A stretch of DNA of 64,000 bases from a virus: the IMG/VR virus record IMGVR_UViG_3300046673_000306, positions 1-64,000 of that record; one strand, given 5' to 3'. Of the stretch, positions 17,936 through 24,747 are shown piece after piece. The notes beneath the pieces were generated by a model. It saw only the letters and a list, made by a program, of their open reading frames with translations, did not search any database and was not told where the DNA came from. The translations under genes were made by a program, and so were the position numbers. The stretch's first letter is position 1, and the number at the start of each line of letters is the position of its first letter.

Positions 17936-19818
17936 TTGCGGTCCTCCCTGACCGGCGGCACGAAAACCTTGCCCGCCATAGCCTCTGGCGCCGGGTCAGG
18001 AGATGGGGCGGGCGCGGGCTTTACTGGCGACACGAAGACCTTGCCCGCCGTAGCCTCTGGCGCCGGGGCCGCAGAGGGGGCGGGAGCGGGCTTCTCCGGA
18101 GCGGAAGAATCCTGGGACGGAACGGCACGGCCTGGAGCTGGGTCTGCCCTCTTATAGTCCCTAGCCTTCTCCTTGACGTCGCTGATCCCGGACCCGACCT
18201 TTACCCGATCCCTAGACTTCTTGGCTTTCAGGTGTAGGAACTTGTTCTTCTCGATCGCACGCAGTACGTGTGCAAACCCGTTCTTGACCACGTAGTAGCC
18301 GGGAGGCTCCGGCCACTTGGAGGAGTAGCTGATGCCCCTGAGCACCAGATCGTGGCTGGTGAGGGTCAAGGCATTCTCCAAGAACTTCACGTCATCACGG
18401 CAGAAGGGGACACCAGTGAGCCTCTCGTACGTCTCGATGCAGGATACCTCCTTTGTCGTCCGCTCCTCCCGCTGCTCATCGGTCAACCTCGGCCCCCGCT
18501 GCCGGTAGAGACCGGACAGCTGCTCCTGGTTCAGTTGCCGTTTCGACTTTGCGCGAATGTAATCACTGCTGGCGCTTGGCATAGCGCCGGGAGCGGGCGC
18601 CGTTCGGCCCGCGACCGGCGCGCCAGCGCCACCGGCCAGAGCCCACGTTGAGGGCTCTGCCTGCAAACTACATTTAATAGTTAAACCGGTTAATTGGTTG
18701 ACATCACAATCAGATTTGATAGATATATCATTTAATTGGTTGACATCACAATCAGATTTGATAGATATATCATTTAATTGATTGGTATCATTGTCTGTTG
18801 GCACCCAGAGCCCACGCTGAGGGCTCTGTGAAAAGTCGGCACCGGCTTCCTGTCCCTCACTTGGGACCTGCCCACGGCTTGGGCTCTGTGGAAAGTTTAT
18901 GTCGTCAGAGGCCAGCTCCCAGGACGGAACTACCCCCAAGTCCCCTGGCGCCGGTATCGGGAAATCCTTGGCCACGACTACGCTTATCCCGTTCTCTGAC
19001 CACTCCGAACGCCAGTTCACGGAGTCCTCAATCCTGGCCTTCGCCACCGACTCTGGGGTCACTGGCTCCGAACTGTGGTAACCGACCGCTGGGTCGACGC
19101 CGCAGTTCATGTTGGCAAAGTCTTCAAGCCCAGGAACTCCGCAAATTGTTCTTATGATATCAGCATTTCCTGGCAGTATGCTTAAAACTTTACACAGAGC
19201 CCACGAGTTGGGCTCTGTGGAATCTTCGGTTACGTAGATTGGGGCCTCGGATACCAGGTTGCAGGGACTGTTCTGGGCCACTGGAGCGGTAAGGCGCCGG
19301 ATTAACTGCGTGTTTATGCTCTTGGCCTGGGGCTCGATCTCCAGCTCCACGGTCTTCGGCGTGATATTGGTCACGAACGACCGTAGCCACGAGGCCTCTG
19401 GCTCGATCAGGTGGATTCCGGTGGTCCTCTGGTAGGGGTAGATGCGGATCAGCGGCGGCCTGGTCCAGGAGTGTCCTGGACGGTACAGGATTAGGTCGGC
19501 GCGGCTCATGGCCTTGAGGTAGGTGTCGATGGAGTTGCGTCCCAGGCCCCCGGAGATCGCGGACAGCGCCCGCCAGTCCACCGCGACCTCCCCATACCAG
19601 ACTCCTTTATAGGCGTGGTAGTCGGCGACGGAGATCAGGTCCCGTAGGAAGCCTACGAACCTTTGCAGCTTAGGTTCGAGCAGGAGCGTGGTCGTGGGAG
19701 CAATCCAGGGCCTCTGGACCAACACCGTCTTCTCTCCCCTGTAGAGGGCCAGGACCGTGCGGTCCTTGCCGTCTACGCACCTGGCTGAGCAAGCCCAGAT
19801 CGCGGTCTTCGGTACCAT
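17932..19818 (-). CDS. putative replication initiator
   Basis: N-terminal wHTH-like region, internal iterons, directly upstream of the DnaC-like gene. Confidence 0.7.
   Translation of the reverse strand: MVPKTAIWACSARCVDGKDRTVLALYRGEKTVLVQRPWIAPTTTLLLEPKLQRFVGFLRDLISVADYHAYKGVWYGEVAVDWRALSAISGGLGRNSIDTYLKAMSRADLILYRPGHSWTRPPLIRIYPYQRTTGIHLIEPEASWLRSFVTNITPKTVELEIEPQAKSINTQLIRRLTAPVAQNSPCNLVSEAPIYVTEDSTEPNSWALCKVLSILPGNADIIRTICGVPGLEDFANMNCGVDPAVGYHSSEPVTPESVAKARIEDSVNWRSEWSENGISVVVAKDFPIPAPGDLGVVPSWELASDDINFPQSPSRGQVPSEGQEAGADFSQSPQRGLWVPTDNDTNQLNDISIKSDCDVNQLNDISIKSDCDVNQLTGLTIKCSLQAEPSTWALAGGAGAPVAGRTAPAPGAMPSASSDYIRAKSKRQLNQEQLSGLYRQRGPRLTDEQREERTTKEVSCIETYERLTGVPFCRDDVKFLENALTLTSHDLVLRGISYSSKWPEPPGYYVVKNGFAHVLRAIEKNKFLHLKAKKSRDRVKVGSGISDVKEKARDYKRADPAPGRAVPSQDSSAPEKPAPAPSAAPAPEATAGKVFVSPVKPAPAPSPDPAPEAMAGKVFVPPVREDRK
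18637..19219. repeat. putative replication origin: palindromic iterons plus AT-rich 42-bp tandem repeat
   Basis: CAGAGCCCACG-N4-GGGCTCTG at 18637, 18806, 19195 and partial near 18870; 2x TAATTGGTTGACATCACAATCAGATTTGATAGATATATCATT from 18691. Confidence 0.75.
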
Positions 19819-19834
19819 TCTCCACAGCGGCAGG

Positions 19835-19865
19835 AAACAAAAAGACCGCCCGTGCCAGGCGGTCT
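19835..19865 (-). terminator. intrinsic terminator inside the replication-operon leader
   Basis: AGACCGCC-TGGCACG-GGCGGTCT followed by TTTTGTTT. Confidence 0.7.
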
Positions 19866-19959
19866 CGTGATCAGTTCAGACGCTTCGTCGAAGCTCCAGT
19901 CTGCACGCTCATCACGTTTCCCTGCTGCTCTCCCTGTTTGAAAATTGTGCTGCCCGAAG

Positions 19960-19988
19960 ATTCTAGCACCGGGGCCGGGGATTGTCAA
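19960..19988 (-). promoter_or_regulatory. sigma70-type promoter of the replication operon
   Basis: TTGACA-17-TAGAAT with extended TG. Confidence 0.75.
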
Positions 19989-20162
19989 GCGCCGTCTGAG
20001 AATTCGAGCATCGCGATTCTGGTGCGCTCTGTACTACTACGGACTCCTCGTCGGTAATCGTACTCTGATCCTGGCAGGAAGTGCTCCCCGCGATTTGGAC
20101 ATCCCAGGGTGGAACTATTTAGACCTATACTGGCATAGGCCCAAAGTCCTATGCCTGTTTTC

Positions 20163-20196
20163 GGGTCTTGACAGGATGTGTTCAACGTGGTACAAT
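20163..20196 (+). promoter_or_regulatory. sigma70-type promoter, leaderless
   Basis: GGGTC-TTGACA-17-TACAAT; ATG 6 nt downstream. Confidence 0.8.
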
Positions 20197-20202
20197 AGTA
20201 TT

Positions 20203-20574
20203 ATGAACGAAAATCTTAAAGGGAAGAGGAAAATGATAGTCGCTCATGATCCGTGGATGGCTGAGAAGCTCGGGAGTGACCAGCATCTGCTGAGCAAATC
20301 TGGCTGCGTCATAGCCCACGCCAGCAAGTTATTGGCCTACACCGAGAAGGTCAAGGCCGCAAACTTCAAACTTATGGCCGCGAGCCCCAAGCTCCTGCGC
20401 GCCTGCCAGAAGGCCCTCGATGAATTCCGCGATCCCAACCGGGGGGGGCCAGCGGATCGGAGGCCACTCAGCAGGTACTCCGCGAGGCCATACATGACGC
20501 CGGGTTCCGGCCAGAGGACCCACTCTAATGGCTACCAACAATTCGGCCAAGGCCCAGGAGGTCAAGTGACATGA
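20203..20574 (+). CDS. hypothetical protein, probably frameshifted at a G8 tract
   Basis: LMAASPKLLRAC motif; natural-looking C-terminus lies in another frame. Confidence 0.55.
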   Translation: MNENLKGKRKMIVAHDPWMAEKLGSDQHLLSKSGCVIAHASKLLAYTEKVKAANFKLMAASPKLLRACQKALDEFRDPNRGGPADRRPLSRYSARPYMTPGSGQRTHSNGYQQFGQGPGGQVT

Positions 20575-20754
20575 GATGCTCCCGCTCGCAACGCGACCAC
20601 ATCCTCATCCCACTTGGCTTAGCCGCTATGTCCAAGGGTACCACACTCAAACAAGTGCAGGCAGCATTCTTCGCTTTGCGCCATGTTCGTATTTCCGAGC
20701 TTAGCATCCGGTGGCTATCCGCCATCGCCAAGGCCAAGGCCAATGGGAAATAAA

Positions 20755-21009
20755 ATGAAAAACACAGAAACCGAAATTGACATCTGCCACAAGGCCGCCT
20801 TGGTCAGTGCCGCCTACGACCGCGCCTTAGCTGACTACGACCGCGCCTTAGCTGACTACGACCGCGCCTGGGCCGCCTATAACCGCGCCGGGTCCGCCTA
20901 TAAACGCGCCGGGTCCGCCTACGACCGCGCCTTAGCTGACTACGACCGCGCCTTGTCCGCCTGCCCTGACCGAGCCGCCATCTCCAAGGCCACCGCCCAG
21001 GAGCCCTGA
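20755..21009 (+). CDS. heptad-repeat helical protein
   Basis: Seven (A/S)(A/D)Y(D/N/K)RA(L/W/G) units. Confidence 0.65.
   Translation: MKNTETEIDICHKAALVSAAYDRALADYDRALADYDRAWAAYNRAGSAYKRAGSAYDRALADYDRALSACPDRAAISKATAQEP
20809..20955 (+). repeat. 7 x 21-bp coding tandem repeat
   Basis: GCTGACTACGACCGCGCCTTA and variants. Confidence 0.9.
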
Positions 21010-21011
21010 TC

Positions 21012-21509
21012 ATGGCCAAATACAGGATCGCCTACGGACTCTGGGTCGTGCTCACTGATAGCCGCTGCGGCTTCCTACAGCGCCAGACCCAGCGCCCGGG
21101 CCTGGACACCCGCAACCCCCATTGGCTCGACCTCGTCAAGACCAGGGCCGAGGTCGGGACCACGCTGAAGCCGAAGCTGAGGGGCCTGAAGGGAATCTAC
21201 GTGGCCCGTCCCCGGCAGCTCCGCGTCCCCCTCGACTTCTCGACCTGGTCCACTAAATATGATGATGGAGTCAGTCTCCCGATCGTTACTCAGTTCATGC
21301 CCGCCCCGATCAAGGGCAAGAAGGTCAGCACCTGCCCGCGCTGCCGGGAGGAGTACCAGTACGGCGCCACCGAGTGCGTGCTCTGCGGCCAGAGCCTATC
21401 CCGCGTCCTCTACGTGGGCAAGGTCTGCAACGGTTGCGGGGACGAGAACCGGTATCCACCCCGGACCCGGCGCTGCGAAATCTGCGGTGGTCGCCTGGAG
21501 GCCAAGTGA
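21012..21509 (+). CDS. double zinc-ribbon protein
   Basis: Four CxxC pairs at the C-terminus. Confidence 0.7.
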   Translation: MAKYRIAYGLWVVLTDSRCGFLQRQTQRPGLDTRNPHWLDLVKTRAEVGTTLKPKLRGLKGIYVARPRQLRVPLDFSTWSTKYDDGVSLPIVTQFMPAPIKGKKVSTCPRCREEYQYGATECVLCGQSLSRVLYVGKVCNGCGDENRYPPRTRRCEICGGRLEAK

Positions 21510-21709
21510 AGATTCCGATAAAGAGCATCCCCAGAACCTGGCCGGTGCAGCCGCTGAAGCTCGGGCAGCAGGCCGATGACCCCGTCACCTGCGGCCACTG
21601 CGGATTGACTTGGGATGACGGAAAGATAACGAGCATGACCCCGGCCCCGGCTGCCCGCTGCCCGTTCGAGTCCTTCCATAAGTACTCGAAGAGGGAGATG
21701 GGGTCATGA
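21506..21709 (+). CDS. small Zn-binding phage protein
   Basis: TCGHCGLTWDD..TPAPAARCPFE; GTGA overlap. Confidence 0.6.
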   Translation: MKIPIKSIPRTWPVQPLKLGQQADDPVTCGHCGLTWDDGKITSMTPAPAARCPFESFHKYSKREMGS

Positions 21710-22005
21710 TCTTCAAGGAACTCGGGGCCCAGTCCTTCACCTACAGGGGCGTGGAGATCACGATCGGCCACGAGGGTCCGGACTCGGCCAAGACCGCCGA
21801 GTTCATCCAGTGCGAGCTGATGCCGCTGGTCCTGGCGGCCCCGGAGATGGCGGGGCTGCTCCAGAGGATCATCGCCGGTGACTTCGTCAATTTCCCGACG
21901 ATGTTCGACGACGTCTCCGAGGAGACGCGCCCGTTCGCGGCGGCGCTGAGGTTGATCCGGGACGAGGCTAGGAGGTTGGCGCCGGTGAAGAAGGTCCGAC
22001 GCTGA
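21706..22005 (+). CDS. hypothetical protein
   Basis: LAAPEM motif; ATGA overlap. Confidence 0.6.
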   Translation: MIFKELGAQSFTYRGVEITIGHEGPDSAKTAEFIQCELMPLVLAAPEMAGLLQRIIAGDFVNFPTMFDDVSEETRPFAAALRLIRDEARRLAPVKKVRR

Positions 22006-22018
22006 TCGTATGATGGTG

Positions 22019-22047
22019 TTGACAAATCCGGAATCTCATGGTAGAGT
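22019..22047 (+). promoter_or_regulatory. sigma70-type promoter upstream of the RAMP-like operon
   Basis: TTGACA-17-TAGAGT with extended TG. Confidence 0.65.
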
Positions 22048-22069
22048 ATCCGGGTCGCAGGGAGACAAC

Positions 22070-22387
22070 GTGGATAGAACGGGACTGACCGACGCGCAGG
22101 TGCTCACCGCGCTCTACAATGCCAGCCGGGTCCAGGGCCTGGGCGTGCTCCAGGCGAGACCGGAGCCGATGACGGTCGAGGCCGCCGAGAAGCTGATCAA
22201 GGGGACCAGGCACGAGATCGGGCAGCCAGCAACCGGCGCCTACTTCGACTACCTCTACGGTCGGGTGATAAAGACCGACGTCTCCGAGAACCCGCTGGAC
22301 CTCTGGGGCTACGACCGGGACATGGGCCCGGGTGCCGGGGCCCGCGCGATCGAGGCGATGATGGACGGACTCAAGAGGCCCCGGTGA
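22070..22387 (+). CDS. conserved phage hypothetical protein
   Basis: VLTALYN..QGLG..YFDYLYGRVIK..YDRDMGPGA; GGGAGA RBS. Confidence 0.7.
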   Translation: MDRTGLTDAQVLTALYNASRVQGLGVLQARPEPMTVEAAEKLIKGTRHEIGQPATGAYFDYLYGRVIKTDVSENPLDLWGYDRDMGPGAGARAIEAMMDGLKRPR

Positions 22388-22776
22388 TCAAGCTCTGGGT
22401 CGACGACATCCGCCCCGCCCCCGAAGGATGGCACTGGGCCAAGACCGTGACCGAGGCGATCCGCGTGCTCGCCACCCAGAAGGTATCCGAGGTCTCGTTC
22501 GACCACGACATCAGCCACGACGTCCAGATCAACGGGGTCCACCGACCGTACCCGTGTGGGGAGACATTCGAGCCCGTGGCCTTCTACTTATTGTGCATGG
22601 CCATGGTCTGGGACCGCGACGGCGGGTCGACCTTGGACGCCGATTATCTCCCGAGCAGGGTCAACATACATTCGGCCAACGTCGGTCAGGCCGAGAACAT
22701 GAGGGAGATGCTGTGCGGGTTCTACCCCGTTACGGTAACGTTGGGGAAACCGTGCAACCGATTTGAGGGTAAATAG
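22384..22776 (+). CDS. cyclic-phosphate-processing receiver-like domain protein
   Basis: LWVDDIRPAPEGW..SFDHDI..IHSAN. Confidence 0.75.
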   Translation: MIKLWVDDIRPAPEGWHWAKTVTEAIRVLATQKVSEVSFDHDISHDVQINGVHRPYPCGETFEPVAFYLLCMAMVWDRDGGSTLDADYLPSRVNIHSANVGQAENMREMLCGFYPVTVTLGKPCNRFEGK

Positions 22777-22798
22777 TTAATCGACGTGAGGAGGTACA

Positions 22799-23533
22799 GT
22801 GAGTATGGACAAGAAGAAGATCGAGACGTTCAATGAGCCAGGAGATGGGCCGGGCGATGGGACTCCGATGGTCCCCTCCGGGGACAAGACGATCCTTACC
22901 GTGAAGGCCCCGAACTTCCGGGTCGCCGAGTTCAAGATCGTGAACGAACCTGGGGTCCCGTTGGTTATCCATAAGTTCTCTGAGAAGGCTAAGAAACAGA
23001 TGATGGCCAACCAGAAAGAGGGCGCAGCGGCCAAGGGCAAGAAGAACCGGGAGCCCCGGGATTTTGATCGGGACTTCAACGGCGCTCGGCACATCTCAAC
23101 CCAGGGCTGGGACGGCATTTCCGCAGGAGCCTTCAGGGCGGGGATGATCTCGGCCTGCAAGACCTGCGGCGTGGTCATGACCAAAGCTAAGTTGGCGATC
23201 AGCATCCTCGCCGATGGCAGGGACAAAGAGGACGGGACTCCGCTGGTCCGTATCTATGGCAAGCCCGTCAAAGATGTACGACCGGCGCGCAATGATAATG
23301 GGTCCTGTGACCTGCGCGCGAGGCCCATGTACAATGATTGGCACGCGGTCCTCCGCGTTCGCTACGACGCGGACATGATGTCCCTGGAGACCGTGACCAA
23401 CCTTCTATACCGAACCGGGTTGCAAGTAGGGACCGGGGAGGGGCGCCCCGATTCAAAGAAGAGCGCCGGGTGCGGCTGGGGGACCTGGACCCCCGAGGGC
23501 AAGCCCAAGGAGCGGAAGGCTCTGATCGCATAA
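22799..23533 (+). CDS. stand-alone RAMP/Cas7-like RNA-binding protein
   Basis: PLVIH after the first strand, GISAGAFRAGMISA (compare IPGSSLKG), C-terminal Gly-rich loop VGTGEGRPDSKKSAGCGWGTW. Confidence 0.65.
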   Translation: MSMDKKKIETFNEPGDGPGDGTPMVPSGDKTILTVKAPNFRVAEFKIVNEPGVPLVIHKFSEKAKKQMMANQKEGAAAKGKKNREPRDFDRDFNGARHISTQGWDGISAGAFRAGMISACKTCGVVMTKAKLAISILADGRDKEDGTPLVRIYGKPVKDVRPARNDNGSCDLRARPMYNDWHAVLRVRYDADMMSLETVTNLLYRTGLQVGTGEGRPDSKKSAGCGWGTWTPEGKPKERKALIA

Positions 23534-23542
23534 GGAATCATC

Positions 23543-24055
23543 ATGCACAATAAGAAGATCACACACAGGTTGTCGTCTAAGAAGCGCAGCCTTGATCAGA
23601 AAAGGGAGAAACTGGTCAAGCACGAACTCGATCGGGTACAAAGAGATCATGGGGGAATTCTCTACCCAAAGGACGTTGTTGAAGCGGCGAGGCCAAAAAA
23701 ATCACCGTTGCATGATGAGTTCGAGTGGGACAACACGGTTGCTGCCGAGCGATGGAGAATGGAGCAAGCGCGCCACCTGATCCGCGTCTTCGTCAACGTC
23801 ATCGAGGAGGGGCACTCCGAGACCCGGGTCTACGTCGCCCTGAGTTCGGATCGTTCCGGTGGCGGTGGATATCGGGCGACCGTAAACGTCCTATCGAACA
23901 AGGGGCTTCGCGAAGTCATGCTCAGCGACGCCCTGGAGGATATGCGTAGCTTCAAGGCTAAGTACCTGGCCATCAAGGAATTGGCTGCCGTCTTCGCGGA
24001 GATGGATAAGGCCGAGGCCTTGATCGAAAAGAGTGTGGCTGGATCAGGGAAGTAA
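23543..24055 (+). CDS. conserved phage protein, partner of the RAMP-like gene
   Basis: LYPKDVVEAARPKKSPLHDEFEWDNTVAAERWRMEQARHLI. Confidence 0.75.
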   Translation: MHNKKITHRLSSKKRSLDQKREKLVKHELDRVQRDHGGILYPKDVVEAARPKKSPLHDEFEWDNTVAAERWRMEQARHLIRVFVNVIEEGHSETRVYVALSSDRSGGGGYRATVNVLSNKGLREVMLSDALEDMRSFKAKYLAIKELAAVFAEMDKAEALIEKSVAGSGK

Positions 24056-24073
24056 CCCAGTACCGTATATCAT

Positions 24074-24522
24074 GGCAGGCGAGGCGGGGCTTGGCCTGGA
24101 TTGTTATGGTGCGTCACGGTTCGGTAAGGTAGGTCTAGGCAGGCGTGGCTCGGCGTGGCTCGGCGTGTCCAGGAAAGGCGTAACGTGGTCCGGCGGGGTC
24201 CGGCATGGCAGGCGGGGTGGGGTCTGGATTGGTCTGGCTGGGTTGGGACTGGTCGGGTCCGGTAGGGCGAGGTTGGGCAGGCTAGGTATGTCGAGGTCGG
24301 GACTGGCGAGGCGAGGCCCGGCTTGTTCTGGTTCGGCAGGCACGGCATGTTGTGGTTGGGTCCGGAGAGGTGGGGCGCAGTGTGGCATGGCAGGCTTGGC
24401 CCGGCTTGTTCTGGTTCGGCGGCGCGGGGCGGGATGTGGCCCAGCGGGGCGGGATACGGCAGGCTAGGCGCGTTAAGGAAAGGTGCGGTGAGGCGGGAAC
24501 AGGGTTAGGTTAGGCTCGGTAA
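24074..24522 (+). ncRNA. (GGY-NN)n pentamer array in 7 GGCA-delimited units; putative guide RNAs
   Basis: GGCAGGC at 24074, 24138, 24207, 24276, 24335, 24389, 24458; strict 5-nt phase within units 1-6; 52 of 72 triplets are GGY. Confidence 0.8.
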
Positions 24523-24523
24523 T

Positions 24524-24559
24524 GGCTGGCGCGGTGCGATTGTTACCACCGCGCCAGCC
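24524..24559 (+). terminator. 13-bp hairpin closing the array
   Basis: GGCTGGCGCGGTG / CACCGCGCCAGCC. Confidence 0.7.
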
Positions 24560-24624
24560 TGAGCAAGAAAGTGATCTGATGAATAATATAAAGTCGAGTA
24601 ACTATCCCATCAAGACACGTAGCC

Positions 24625-24747
24625 TTGACAAGAAAGCATCCTCCTGTTATACTAATCATGCTACCGGATGAAGTGAGCATTTTCATTCTTAGGTCCTCGT
24701 GCGGAAACGCTCACGGTGCTTCCGGTAGCCACGAGGGCCTTCTTTTT
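24625..24747 (+). promoter_or_regulatory. promoter plus pseudoknot-type leader of tnpB1
   Basis: TTGACA-17-TATACT; GCTACCGGA/TCCGGTAGC crossing AGGTCCTCGTG/CACGAGGGCCT. Confidence 0.7.

Noticed and set aside
24033-24508. Gly/Arg- and Pro-rich ORFs over the array (24033..24467, 24070..24348, 24104..24388, 24323..24508)
   Set aside because: A 5-nt period is not codon-compatible; the open frames are a by-product of G-richness.
24074-24522. Canonical CRISPR array, simple microsatellite or pure G-quadruplex tract
   Set aside because: No long repeats with unique spacers; variation is confined to two of five positions with regular GGCA punctuation. G-quadruplex formation is possible but does not explain the unit structure.
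24573-24596. Target duplication or self-target for TnpB element 1
   Set aside because: Flanks differ (TAAAGTCG versus TTTCAGAT); only a 7-nt inverted match TCAGATC, which could be chance.
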